DNA of 63,975 nt, filler included, from Asterionella formosa (GCA_002256025.1; 24 parts of 24 records of this genome joined end to end with filler, not necessarily neighbours in it); one strand, 5' to 3'. Counted from the whole stretch's first letter, positions 21,411 to 34,552 are shown. Numbers and translations are program-made. Notes: a model not told the origin generated them from the sequence alone.

Positions 21411-22878
21411 TTTCGTTAAACCATACTTCTCCCCATTCTGGAAGATCAGCCTTCATATTAGTTACCATGGATCCACCATTTGTGGCCAGGTGCATGCTTC
21501 CGTTGGTTGACATTCGAATGTTATTAACCATTTTTGGGTTGCAAAAGACTGTGACACTTGATTGATTATCCAATAGTATCCAGTCACGCATCTCAGATGC
21601 TTGGTAAAATTGTAGTTTCATATGAGCTCCCGTCCATCCAAATTGATTGGCATTTGCTTGTTGTGAAGCTTGTGATGATGGCAGGTTGTTGGAATTAACA
21701 GAGGTAACTGTACTCGTGTCGGATGTATTAGTAGCCTGTGCTTGTGCATGGCTTTGGGCCTTGTTGATAGCCCATTCCTCTTTGGGTTTGTTCTTGTCTC
21801 GACACGAAGGAGATTTGTGACCTGCTTTTCCGCAGCAGTAACATTTTCCTTCTAACTGTGCAAACGATAAGTTCATGTCTTCGTCTTCCCTGCCTGCATC
21901 CTTCTGTTTCCTCTCTTTATCATTATCTCCTGGTTTCTTGTATTTGGATTTATTTGTTACATCAAACCGATGGTTGCTGAGAACATTATTTGATTCGGTG
22001 ATGGTCTTCGGGTATTGATTGTTGCCGAGTGATTGCTGAGTGTTCAGCCCGGTCATAATTGAACCGTATTTAGCTTTATCGGCATTATCGAGATATAAAT
22101 AGGCCATAAATTGACTGAAAGCTTGTTCGCGAAATTTATCTCGTTGCTTGATGTCGTTCTCATTGTATCCTTCCATGGCTTCAATGAACTTGGTGAGGAT
22201 AATGGGTCCTCCCATGTGTGACTTGAGCACATCTTGTGCCACACGGAATCTCTTGGTGTAGTCTTGTAGACTTTCTCCTTCCTTTTGCTTTGTGAACAAA
22301 AGCGTTCTCATCGCATCTAAAATGATCGACATTGAATATCGATTCTCTTGAAAATTTTGTGCGTGTTCTTTAATTGCCATAAGCAATGTTATTGGGTTAT
22401 TTTCGATCCTATTGTAATCGGATCTCGCTTCAATCTTGTTCTTCATGGCTTTGTTGCATCTTTCCCAGAGCAATGCATATGCCTTGGTATTATTATTTTC
22501 GTAGGCCTGTACCCTTTTACTGTAGGTGTCATAGTCAGCCTTGAACTCAATCTCAAACTGCCGATTCTCTGCGGCGCGATCTTCTTCTGTTGTTGCCATG
22601 CTCACTTGCATTCTTGGCTTCCATACCGATGTGTTGATTGTTTCTAATGACTTGAGTGCGCTTCCAATGTCGCTGCCATAATCAAACACTTTCTTGATGT
22701 AGTTGATGAGATACTCAGTAGTAGTCTCATAATCAGATGCCTGCTTCAATGATCCGAGGTAGTAGTTATAGTCATTGACTGACTTCTTGATTGAGTGAGA
22801 AGCAATATTGCTCCCTCCCTTGGCTTGAAACTTGCCCTTGGCTTGAGCCTTCTTGGTGAACTTTCCTTTGCCACTCAT
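21411..22878 (-). mobile_element. gag-pol: Copia gag-protease ORF, uninterrupted to the contig end
   Basis: UBN2-like gag (KQKEGESLQDYTKRF), CCHC knuckle CYCCGKAGHKSPSC, protease WILLDNQSSVTVFCN. Confidence 0.9.
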
Positions 22879-23159
22879 GATGCGCCCTGTGCGACTTCTT
22901 CAGACTCTGGATGGTCTGGTACCTTCAGATCTTGTCTCCGGACTCTCAATTGTCCGCTTGTTGTTGATTGTGGTATCACGGCTCTTCCTGGCCGGCTAAT
23001 TCTATTAAAACTGTTGAAATTGCGTCCCGAAGCACTCTATGCTTTCTTGTATCCTGTAAGGACACGTCAGGGACCAAATAGGCTGTAGATATAACAACGA
23101 TGTCTCCGTGATCGATTGTAATCGTTCCTAAGAGTTTTAATAGAATTATGGGTTTTTAC

Positions 23160-23277
23160 TGTTGGTGTAGATTGTTTTCGAATTCTCTGGTACCATATTC
23201 TTTCTTGATTCATTCGATTCAATATGTAGTAGGTAATTTATACCGGGATTTTCTTTCCTAAAATATTCTCTCCAACA
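23160..23277 (-). mobile_element. 5' LTR (118 bp) of the Copia element
   Basis: Perfect TGTTGG...CCAACA termini upstream of gag; a homologous LTR lies at 34553..34660. Confidence 0.85.
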
Positions 23278-24721
23278 GATATGGCATGTCGCTTGAAATA
23301 GGCGCCTAGTAGTAGGCGCAGTTGCCCAGCGCCAACCGATTTTTCGAGCTTTGACTGCGACGCTTTGCCAGCCGATGCTTTGGGTTAGGGAACAGGATTG
23401 AAGGGGAGATCGGCATCCATAGGATCATCAATAGGGGTGGTCGGCATTGCGGCTGCCGAAAGCGCCATGTGGGGGGAATGATCGGAGCAGCAACAGCAGC
23501 GTAGGGGTGGCCGTAGGCCGTGTACCAGAGCAAAAGAAGTAATGACCGGGATGTACCCCGGAAAGTTAAAGTTACGTTGGAAAAAAGTAAATTGTATAGA
23601 AACTTATTTTCTAGCAACTTATACTGAGTGAGAGCTACGGATTCGTAGGATCTACCAACTTCTTGTGGTACCGGTACCAAGTCTAGAGCTAGTAAGTATA
23701 CCGATAGACGAATAGCTGTTCCTGGTTGCGGGCAGAGTTGATGCGAAGATTTGGTCGACTTCGAAATAGTCACTTTTCTTACTCTATCCTGTTTGCCAGT
23801 TAACCTCAGAAACTGTTAGCTACTATACGTATGTATTTTAGCAAATAAAATAATGAGGATATCTAGCGAGAAGGGCGAGAGACGAAAAGAATGCTGCTTG
23901 TTCAGTAACTTTATTTAGTCCACTATATCCCAAGTTTCTAATTCTACCATTGGAGTTTTCGTTACCATAAAAGCTTGTACAATNNNNNNNNNNNNNNNNN
24001 NNNNNNNNNNNNNNNNNNNNNNNNNNNTTAATTAATTAANNNNNNNNNNNNNNNNNNNNNNNNNNNNNNNNNNNNNNNNNNNNACCAAATTCTTTTTACT
24101 ACATTACTGGGGGTCATTGTCAACCTAATAATGCCGGTAGTCTACTTGTGGTCAATCAAAGGAACCAGCTACACACGAGTCGAGTACGGTACCTGGTAAT
24201 AGACTACCGGTACCTGGTGAGCGATCCCGCGCACCATGACAGCTGTATATAGGGTTAGAGTTATATCAAATATATCAGAACTAAATAATGAGAGAACTCG
24301 ACTAACACCTATTGTATACTTTGGTGTCAACTCAGGAAACGAGATGTACACAAGGCCCCTAACCCTAACAGGTCAGCGAAAAAATGGTGTGAAAAATTAT
24401 CAACATATTTTCATCAACAAATGTCAACTCACACTTTTTTGTAATCACAAAGAAATTTCAGAAATGTTCAGATTGGGCCTGGAGCAGCAGAAACCGATGC
24501 ATGAATAGATTTGGGGGGAGTGATTTCTGGATTGATTTCAAGTTGTGGTGGTGGAGGTGGTTGAGGAGCTATAACTTGTTGATAGTGGAGGTTTGGTGCT
24601 GGTGGGGGTGTAGGCTGCTGGTAGTATCTGGCAGGAGAAGGAGCAGGATGCATCGAAAAATTTACTGCCTGAACGGATCATACTCTACCGGTAATCATCT
24701 TTTTCTACATATGTATATGGT

Positions 24722-26001
24722 TCTAAAAACAACCATGCATGGTTTAAGCTATACTTTAACGCTTACTTTGAACACGTTATAATATTATCTCTGTAGACTC
24801 GGTATTATTTTTACGAGACCTGAATGTTAAATTATATCATTCACATATTCATTGATTTTATGTACCGTATGCCCGATTTCGTCCTCACAAATATAGTTCT
24901 CACTCTATCTTGCCTGCCTTTGCTCTATTCGGGCTTGCAATAGGCAACGTTCGTCTTTCTTTGATCCCATCGTCTGCTGCTTGTTATGCTAGTTGAAGCG
25001 GATCGGTGAGTACAACAGTGAAACACTGAATGTGGATTGTAGATCGTATTTATCGACTTTCCGATTTGATTGCTTCTGTGGTTTGTTTTGATCGCTTCCA
25101 TCGTTGTTTGTCGTTACGCACTGTCGTTTTGTTTCGATTGTACATATCTACATAAGAACCAATGCATTCATCAATGACTACTCATTGAAGATGTGGTATT
25201 GTGCCATTGTTGATTGTATTTGTTGATTTGTATAGTCGTTGACAATGATGTCAATATTGCCGCCAAGCAATGCATTTCTTGTACTAACGCGCTTTGCTAC
25301 AATTCTACTACGAGTTCATATCAGAAGCTACATGAATACTCAGCTAGAGAGAGTCAATAGTGCTGGAGCAGCATGGCGATCACGCTTGCTCAGAATGGAA
25401 TGATCAGGGTTCTTGCTTGTTTGGTGGGCGGCGGAGAGGAATGACTGTAGCGGAAATACTGCTAGTGGGGTCAGGCTGATACTACAGCGATGCACATGGT
25501 TGCAGCAACCAGATCATCTACGCTACATAACGATGCAGGTCGACATTGGGTTCAGCTTTTTTTCTTCTTCTTTTGGTCTTCGATTGTGTGGTGATGGAAA
25601 GTCAATGTTGCCTGTGTAAGTACTACAATGATTCACAATGCATATGTCTCCATTGGAACTCTTATTTTTTATTTCATTTCTAACCCAAAACAATTTTTTC
25701 TATTTCTCATTTGATGCTACTTATTACATCGCATTTCATACTTTGGTTGCTCCAAACATCATGTTAAATTTTCATTGATGTTGCATGTTACAATCATTCT
25801 CATGTGTTTTACGCTTGTTGTACCATCTCTATGCATATTACCGTTATTCTGGTTGTCATGCTAAAATCGGCAATTTTATTGCCGAAAAATTCGATGTGCC
25901 CCATATTGCCCTTAAATAAAAATTACTTAAGAAATTACTTAGAGCCTAAAAATTACTTAGAAGTAACCGAATGGCAAGACAATAGCTAGAGCGGGAATTG
26001 C
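24722..26001 (+). mobile_element. Copy of a dispersed TIR element, right end ...GATAGCTAGAGCGGGAATTG(C)-like
   Basis: Colinear with 30192..31429 and, inverted, with 41893..42662; homology stops at GGGAATTGCT. Confidence 0.8.
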
Positions 26002-26754
26002 TTGTTGAATACTACAAGTTAATGCAGAACACCGGTTCCATCATGTTCTGGCTGCTTTGCGGAGTTTGCGATAGCTCATTGAGATTGACAACTTCTGGTT
26101 GTCATTGTAGATGATTATATAGAAGTAACAAAGGTAATATTGTGATTAGAAAGCAATTTAACAATACTATTGTAGGGCAGCGGAAAAAAGCCAACAAATG
26201 AGCGCTAAAACTTGCTGCCGAGATCTGATTTGAGATAGTGTAGGACACGTAGAAAACATATAACAAAATTATAGTTAAAATTTAATGGCTGATCATATCT
26301 GACGAAAATACCCGTTCAATGACGAGACAGAAGCCTAACTTTGACCTACCATAACGTTTTGAGTTTTGATACTCAACGACTGATTGAGGTTGTTTTTGAA
26401 CAATCATTAATTTATTTATCACTACATATAAAATCTAGCGAAGGAGTTGACCAGAAAGGCTATTGGAAATCAACAGAAAGGGGAACCGAAATTTTGGCGC
26501 CACTGTGATGAAGCAAGCATGATGCGGTGATATGAATTCGGAATTGCCATCAACACTTTACAGAAAACCATTACGTGCCTTCACGTAGCTCATCCTACTC
26601 CCTTCCAATTTCGGCAGTCCATTTGCTTTCCTTAAGTAAATGGCAGTCCATAGGNNNNNNNNNNNNNNNNNNNNNNNNNNNNNNNNNNNNNNNNNNNNTT
26701 AATTAATTAANNNNNNNNNNNNNNNNNNNNNNNNNNNNNNNNNNNNNNNNNNNN

Positions 26755-28258
26755 CTGACCCCCGGTCAGTGGAATCAAATTTGCGGGCAAATAAGAAGCC
26801 AATCTCCTTTGCTTTGACCAAGTACTTTTGGAGATATGGCCCCTGAACTCTGCTGGTATTCCATTGGACTCTGGCGCTGTAATCACCCAATAAGTAACAA
26901 GAAGTATCTTCGGACGTCAAGAGGGCATTGCTCATTGTATAATTGCATTGTGGCAATCCGCTCCAAAATTGTAGCATGCTGCCAATCGAAAGAGCTTCCT
27001 CTGCAAGACCAATCACATTCATTACTCCATACCACACTAACTCTTCCAAACAACAACAGCAGCCATATTTCGAGGTAGCCATGATCTCCATGGAGTCAGC
27101 ACTCTCCAAGAGTGTCTTTACTGTATCATAGTCAAAGATCGCCTGATTTCCAGAATTGCTCTTCCTATCAAACATTTCCATGATCTCTGGGCGCATTGGT
27201 AAAACTAGTTCTGCCCTAGATTTCGAAGCAGTCAACGGATATACCTTGGTGTTTTGACGTGAGTAGGTGAGACCTATGGTACCAAAAAGTTTTCTTGCAA
27301 TCCTGGGGGCTGCATTATTTGCAAGTTTACCCATGAATACCTTTCGTCCAGAGGCTTGCAACGTCTGTGCCAATTCACTCGCCGAATAGAGCGGGTAAAC
27401 CGCACCTCCCATTGTCAGGAAGTAGGAAAAGGTTAAGCCTGAGTCAAACAGAAGCCAACGCATTATACGTAGATTGATATCCGTCACTTGACTAGTTTTG
27501 TATACAACACTTCCGAATTTCAAAACAACAACGTTGTCGTACTCCTTTGCCAGCTCGCGAACGCCTTCTTCGAAATAGGGATCCGTGAGTCGTTCTAAAT
27601 GAATAATGATGTAGTGCTGTGGCAAGTGGATTGCCTGCACCAGAAGTTCCAGGTGCTCAATATCTTTGTAGGCCACAATGGCTATGGCCAAGCGAATGCT
27701 ACTCTTGTCCACGTGCGGTACTTTTCTGAGTATGGCCGCCGCACTTTCTGGGTCGGCTTCCCTTGTAACAGTGGGCTTAAAGTGGGCAAAGTCACAAAAC
27801 CTAGAATGGTTGGAAGCATAAATCTCCAACAGCTCCAACTTCATTTCATGTTGAGCATCAAGTTGCATACTTTTGTTTGGAATACGTCTGACGAGATCCA
27901 GGGGCATGGCACTGGACATGAAGTTGAAAATATCATTCCAATCCACATCTTTAAAGTCGCAATGGTCCAAGTGTGCCGTATCAGACCACGAGGAGGCTCG
28001 ATAGCCTTTAGACTCCGGATCAATAGACAGCGCATATCGCAGAAATAAATTTTCAGGGGGGGGTTGTCCAGGAAGTATGAGGCGTTGCCGAGCACCTGAG
28101 TTGAAATCTGATCGATCCGTAAACTCAGTTGTTTGCTTCTCGTTCTTTTGCTCCAACGTCAGTCTGTTCCCGTTGGCAACGAACGTGAACCAGAAAAGGA
28201 AACCCAATGGCAGCCAAATGCTGGTTACAACGATACATCTCCCAGTCGCCCACTTCAT
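26755..28258 (-). CDS. Glycosyltransferase family 14 (core-2/I-branching or xylosyltransferase-like), type II membrane protein, 3'-truncated
   Basis: N-terminal TM; LAIAIVAYKD...L...I..PQHYIIIHLE, YFLTMGGAVYPL, FLFARKFD. Confidence 0.85.
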
Positions 28259-29311
28259 TGCGCTATTAACTACTAGCGAACTGTTGTTGTTGATCTTCTT
28301 TGGAAGCTATCGTCAGTGAGTCTCGCTAATGTGAGATGCAAGCAAGGAGAAGAAGCACAAGTCGTAGGATTGGGCAACCTGATCCAACCGAGACATCAAA
28401 ACATATGTAGAGACGTTGTTTCTGCGTCGAGAAACAAAGGATCGAAGAGTCCACTACCCTTGTTACCAGTCGTTTAGTCTAGTTTACTTTCACATGAACA
28501 ACAAAGTATGAAACATAAGAAGAAACGATGACTCATTGCCTCCAAACGAAGCAGCGTGCAGAAATTTTTTCATGGTTATAATGGTATAGCTACATATATA
28601 AAATACATAAATTAATAATGAGCAAAGGGCGACCATCCCGTGAGGGCGAATTCTTTAATTTATTTAAGAATTCTTCTTATGCGTGCTATTACTGGTTCCT
28701 ATGTCGAGACAATAAGAATACCGGTACTTCCCTACACGAATAAAAACGACGGAAAAAATCTTTCTGCTTTGCTGGCTCATTGTTCATATTATACGTTAAC
28801 GTATGTAGCATTTGATGCTTGACATTCTCTTTGACGAGCAAGCAGAATGTGTGACGCAAGCAGAACAGCCACTCTATGTAAATTAGCACTCATTGATTTA
28901 CTCCGGTGATTTCACAACATCGATACCGGTACGTACAGTTCTTGTATGTATGAAATATGTACAACCAAATTACCGGCAAACAACTGCACCACACAGTCAA
29001 GGACCATTATCACTGGATGCAGTGACAATCCTATGGCAGTAAGCTGCGAGTTTTTCTGATGGAACCAGCAGGCATTTCAATGTGAAGATGGATTATAATT
29101 CTTTTCTGGCTTTCTAATTTTCACTTTCTTGCTCAAAAGGATGATGCATTTCTTTTGTTTAGTTCTTCTTAACTATGTACTAGCTACTATTCTTTCATTT
29201 TGTCAGCCAAGTAAAGTGCATGTCACTGAGGCATTTCTGGTGGAATTTAATAAAACACACATTTCTTCACTTTCTTTGGTACAGAGACACAAATATACAT
29301 ACAGTTCGTTA

Positions 29312-29324
29312 GGCCGTTGCTAAC
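29312..29324 (+). mobile_element. Second GGCCGTTGCTAAC terminus at a contig end
   Basis: Preceded by TTA (Harbinger-type target); identical to 2500..2512. Confidence 0.45.
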
Positions 29325-29553
29325 NNNNNNNNNNNNNNNNNNNNNNNNNNNNNNNNNNNNNNNNNNNNTTAATTAATTAANNNNNNNNNNNNNNNNNNNN
29401 NNNNNNNNNNNNNNNNNNNNNNNNTCTCTTGCCTGCGAGTATACATGTGTTCGAGGATGGGTGGCGCATGTAGGTTGACCGTACGAGTGCCATCCCAGTC
29501 GAGTCCACATGTATACGAGAAGGCAAGTAGCCGCCGAGAAGGGTATTGTTGGG

Positions 29554-31429
29554 GCAATTCCCGCTCTAGCTATCGTCGCGTCATTCGCTGACCTACTGCC
29601 TTCAAATTGAGCATAAATGTCAATTTTTGCCTACTATTGCCCATCATATAAAATATATTTTGTATAATTCCTATATTCACCTCGAAAATTGCCAAAGGTC
29701 CGATATTGCCCATCATTAAAATACATTTTGTATATTTCCTATTTTGGCATTACAATTTGTAAGCAATTGCCCCTCGATTATCCAGCCCTGGGAATGCCGA
29801 AATCGGCAAGGGGTCTACTTAAGGAAACCATTTTATATACTATTCAGATTTTCATAATTTAAATATAGAATTCACCTCATTTTCGTTCGTCTCCTGAAAA
29901 GTGGACTCCGGCAATTCACCTTTCACCATGCCAATCGTCGTCCATCATGACCGGTTTGAAGCGAAATCAGTTCCGCAATGACACCAGTAGCGATTCTTTG
30001 CCTAGTAACGGATGCGGTTGATTGTTGGATTACTTGTCTTCTCGAGGCATTCATGTAGTCGCATTGTCCATTTTTCGTCGGACGAACGATGATATCGATA
30101 CATCTGATGTTGGTGGCAAGTTTTTGCTCCGGTCATGTAGTATGTAATGATGCTTAACGGATATTGGGACCGGTTACCGGCAGTCATCTAGTCTAACAAC
30201 CATGCATGGTTTAAGCTCTGCTTTGACGCTTACTTTGAACACGTTATAATATTATCTCTGTAGACTCGGTATTTTTTACGAGACCTGAAATGTTGAATTA
30301 TGTCATTCACATATTCATTGATTTTACGTACCGTATGCCCGATTTCGTCCTCACAAATATAGTTCTCACTCTATCTTGCCTGCCTTTGCTCTATTCGGGC
30401 TTGCAATAGGCAATGTTCGTCTTTCTTTTATCCATTGTCTGCTGCTATGTTAGTTGAAGTGGATCGGTAAGTACAACAGTGAAACACTGAATGTGGGTTG
30501 TAGATTGTATTTATCGACTTTCAGATTTGATGGCTTCCGTGGTTTGTTTTGATCGCTTCCATCGTTGTTTGTCGTTACGCACTGTCGTTTTGTTTCGATT
30601 GTACATATCTACATAAGAACCAATGCATTTATCAATGACTACTCATTGAAGATGTGGTATTGTGCCGTTGTTGATCGCATTTGTTGATTTGTATAGTCAT
30701 TGACAATTATGTCAATATTGCCGCCAAGCAATGCTTTTCTTGTACTAACGCGCTTTGCTACATTTCTACTGCGAGCTAGTAACAGAAGCTAAATGAGTAC
30801 TCAGCTAGAGAGAGTCAATAGTGCTGGAGCAGCGTGGCGATCATTCTTGCTCAGAATGGAATGATCAGGGTTGCCTGTTTGGTGGGCGGAGAGGAATGAC
30901 TGTGGCGGAAATACTGCTACTGGTGTCAGGCTACTGCAGCGATGCGCATGGTTGCAGCAACCAGACCATTGACGCTAAATAACGATGCAGGTCTGTATTG
31001 GGTTGAGCTTTTTTCTTCTTCTTTCGGTCTTTGATTGTAGCTATGTTGATGGAAAGTCAATGTTGCCTGTGTAAGTACTACAATGATTCACAATGCATAT
31101 GTCTCCATTGGAACTCTTATTTTTTATTTCATTTCTAACCCAAAACAATTTTTTCTATTTCTCATTTGATGTTACTTATCACATCGCATTTCATACTTTG
31201 GTTGCTCCAAACATTATGTTCAATTTTCATTGATGTTGCATGTTACAATCATTCTCGTGTGTTTTACGCTTGTTGTTGTACCATCTCTATGCATATTACC
31301 GATATTCTGGTTGTCATGCTAAAATCGGCAATTTTATTGCCGAAAAATTGGATGTGCCCCATATTGCCCTTAAATAAAAATTACTTAGAAGTACCCGAAT
31401 GGCAAGACGATAGCTGGAGTGGGAATTGC
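29554..31429 (+). mobile_element. Non-autonomous element of about 1.9 kb bounded by terminal inverted repeats of about 34 bp
   Basis: GCAATTCCCGCTCTAGCTATCGTCGCGTCATTCG versus CGAATGGCAAGACGATAGCTGGAGTGGGAATTGC; subterminal TATTGCCC repeats; no target-site duplication is visible. Confidence 0.7.
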
Positions 31430-32142
31430 TAAATAAAACAATGGCATCAAAAAATCATACTGGAAGGGTGGGTCCTACATTCCGGTACCAGGCACCTGGT
31501 ACCACTTCTTGACATTCAAAGTACCAGGTACCAGGTTACCTGGTTACCATCATACCTGGTACCTGGTACCGGTATGTCGGATAGAATGACTGGCGTCACG
31601 ACGAAGCAAGCAAAATATCGGATAGCTAAGCAAAAAGGCCAGCAATGACGAACAGACTTGGTAATTAGCATTCATGACGGTGTGCTCTTTGCAGACCCGT
31701 AATAATCCCTGCTTTATGTGCTGATGGTTCATTCTTCCCTCTTGATTGCATTGTCAATTAAGTCTTGCTCGAAATTCTTTCGTTGCCTTCCTTGATGAGC
31801 AATTGGATGAAGAAGAAGTCGTCATTTATTGAACAACTCACTGTGAGCAACAACGACAGCAGCCGCAACAACAACAACAACTTCTACTAAAACTACAAGC
31901 TTCCTTCACAATCCATAGCAAGGCAGACCAGCATGTCGCTCGACTGGTTTCATCACTCGCAACTTCCAGTACCCCTTGATCGCTACATATCCNNNNNNNN
32001 NNNNNNNNNNNNNNNNNNNNNNNNNNNNNNNNNNNNTTAATTAATTAANNNNNNNNNNNNNNNNNNNNNNNNNNNNNNNNNNNNNNNNNNNNTAACTCAC
32101 GCTCTTGTTTTGCCATCCAAATCAAATTCTCAAATCACAATC

Positions 32143-32574
32143 ATGATGCCTCTCCGCACGGCTATGATTCGCTTCCCCGTCTCTCGTGTCGTGAACTCGG
32201 CGAGCCCGCAAGCACGTATGCTTTCGTATCAAGGCGAATCTGCAGTGCGAAAGCTCAAACAAGTTATGGAGGATTATCGTGTCGCCAAGTAAGTTTCGAT
32301 TTCAAAATTTATTCACGACGCCGATAGCACAATATCTGACCAATAGCTCAATTCTCTACACAGCTACACTCAAGAAGTACCTTCTCGCTTCAAGAAGGAC
32401 ATTGTCCAAGCAGCCAAGGATCAAAATGATGCAATCGCCATTGATGCATTGCAGCGAGTCCTCAAAAACATTGGCGCTCCGAACAGCCTTTCTCCATCTG
32501 AACTTCGCACCATCTTTGACGAACTTGGAGAAGCTGGATATATTCGGGCTGACCGTATGGTTCAAATCCTATAA
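32143..32574 (+). CDS. 118-aa protein with a probable mitochondrial presequence and a degenerate EF-hand pair; exons 32143..32288 and 32364..32574
   Basis: A 75-nt GTAAGT...ACAG intron joins the frames into MMPLRTAMIRF...DYRVANYTQEVPSRFKKDIV...LQRVLKNIGA...SELRTIFDELG...RMVQIL*. Confidence 0.8.
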
Positions 32575-33102
32575 AGTGATTTGAGCGCCGCAGTTGAACT
32601 GACTGAACGGAGGAAAATGTGGAGGCATTACTTGGCCGTTTCCCTTTCAGACCAGGATTGATCCTGAAAATCATCATAGACTACAATAGAAAATAAAGCA
32701 TAGAGTAATAAAGAATAGATTAAATTAAAATAGTTTCGAGTTGTCTCAGGTCACTAGTATCTTGTGACGTAGATTCAAGTCCTTGAGAAGACACTATTTC
32801 TAGGTGGAGACAAGATCACTCTCAATTTACGAGAACAATTTACAAGAAATGGAGCAACAACTAGGCCCCCAGATTGCTGCCATTGTCACTCCTCTTTCTT
32901 TTCTTCAAGTAATCTCAAGCGTCATCGTGATAAACTCACCTGGAACTGTCCGTCAACAACAGCCCGTCAGTTTACTCTACCCTACCGGGATTGACGTCGG
33001 CCTACTTGTGAAATTGCAAATTTGACGTTGACGTTGACCATGAATATTTTCATGGGCACTTCTAGTATGAAGCTCCCCACATGGCAACTACGGTCTACTT
33101 TG

Positions 33103-34464
33103 TTAGTTACATCGAACTTGAAATCTCCCGCTCTTTGTGATGTTTCTTACTCCTTTGTATGGTCGATATGCTTCACCAGTCAAACTCAGGCCTGACACAC
33201 TCAGCCCACTGACTGAAGCCAGAGGAATCTTCCATTCCACTGTCAAATTCGGGTTGGATTCTGGTTTTGTATTGCCTTCCAATTCCAAAGTTGCCTGCAG
33301 TTGAGGCTTCTTCGTCGTATCCAACTTTCCTAAACTCCACTTGGCGATCTTGCCTACTTCGTCGTAAATGACAGTACCGGCATTCACACTAAGCTTGGCG
33401 GTCCGTACTGCTTTGGGGAAGGGGATGATGATTGCCACCTCCTCCATGACGATAGGTCCCTTGCGCGATGATGAAAATATTAGAGATGAAACGGAACGCA
33501 ATCCCACACCAATCACTACTCGTCCTGTGCCCGTGTCAGAAAAGGACCATTGAGGAGAGAGATAAATAGGCGGGCAAAATCCCTGCTGTGAATTATTTAC
33601 TCGGTATCGCATGAGTTCAAAGTTCCCGTCAGGAGGCACGAAAGAAACCACCTTGTCCATTTCGTATCGTCCATATCGTACACATGGATGAAATGAACAG
33701 TCGTCAATGACGTCTGGATCCTTAAATGTCAATAGTAGGTCGGGGACTCCACTCAGATGAGATTGAGCTTGGATGCTGCCATTGACGTCAAAGGAAACGA
33801 CGTTTCCCATCGCGTCGACGATGGCGTCAATTTCTTCCATGATGTCAATGTATATTTCATTCTGTGTGTACTTGACCCCGGCTGCTCGCCAGGGCATGTT
33901 GCTAATGGTCCCACTCGGCAAGGCATCACTGACAATAGCGTTACTACCTCCAGTCACCACGGATTGCAGCTTCCCCATGACTGTAGGGGGCCTAATCATG
34001 GCCTTTAGAGCGTTGGGTTCAGTCGTTAGCGGCCATCCATAATCCACCATTTCTTCCAACAACTGATAGACAGTAGAAAAGTTGTCCTTGATGGCAGACT
34101 CATCTGCCGGACTTCCGAAGTAATCAATAAATATATCAGCAACTCTGTGCAAGAATTCCAAAATGAGCAAAGGCGATACTTCAGCGGGACAAGCTGCCAG
34201 ATAGGAGAGGCCGTCTCGTAGAATGCTGAACAAATAAAGGGTCCCGGCTTCAATCGTCTTGAATTCAATGACAGGTGGTACTGTATCATGTAGAGGGTCA
34301 AACGAGTTCATCAAGCTCGATGTGGTGGCCAGGCCTCCATGATGGTTGACGGATGCCGATGCCTTTTCCCAATAGTAATCACAAACAGACCGAGATGTGA
34401 CGTCGCGGAAGTGACGTTCAATGAGGACTTCGCCGGTTGGCGAAAGGATAAAGAGAGACTGCAT
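33103..34464 (-). CDS. AP3M: AP-3 adaptor complex subunit mu
   Basis: MQSLFIL...ERHF, IKDNFSTVYQLLEEMVDYGWPLTTEPNALK, PWR...KYTQNEIY, FHPCVR, SFVPPDGNFELM, YRPYKGV; intronless, ATG at 34464. Confidence 0.95.
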   Translation of the reverse strand: MQSLFILSPTGEVLIERHFRDVTSRSVCDYYWEKASASVNHHGGLATTSSLMNSFDPLHDTVPPVIEFKTIEAGTLYLFSILRDGLSYLAACPAEVSPLLILEFLHRVADIFIDYFGSPADESAIKDNFSTVYQLLEEMVDYGWPLTTEPNALKAMIRPPTVMGKLQSVVTGGSNAIVSDALPSGTISNMPWRAAGVKYTQNEIYIDIMEEIDAIVDAMGNVVSFDVNGSIQAQSHLSGVPDLLLTFKDPDVIDDCSFHPCVRYGRYEMDKVVSFVPPDGNFELMRYRVNNSQQGFCPPIYLSPQWSFSDTGTGRVVIGVGLRSVSSLIFSSSRKGPIVMEEVAIIIPFPKAVRTAKLSVNAGTVIYDEVGKIAKWSLGKLDTTKKPQLQATLELEGNTKPESNPNLTVEWKIPLASVSGLSVSGLSLTGEAYRPYKGVRNITKSGRFQVRCN

Positions 34465-34552
34465 CAATGTTCCTGTTGCTATGGGCGAGGGGTGTGGTGC
34501 CAAGGACTCTTCCGTTCGTTCCTGAGCCGATGCTGATCAAAGGGAGCGAGGG

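Noticed and set aside
23306..23773. 155-aa ORF or possible LINE ORF1 start next to the LTR
   Set aside because: No diagnostic motif, and the alternative frame has a stop; it cannot be supported.
24250..24370. Telomere-like AGGGTTAG and CCCTAACCCTAAC
   Set aside because: Fewer than three units and internal to a contig.
26480..26507. RSS/Transib-like end CACAGTGGCGCCAAAA on the minus strand
   Set aside because: Single occurrence with no partner end, TSD or transposase; several such 7-mers are expected by chance.
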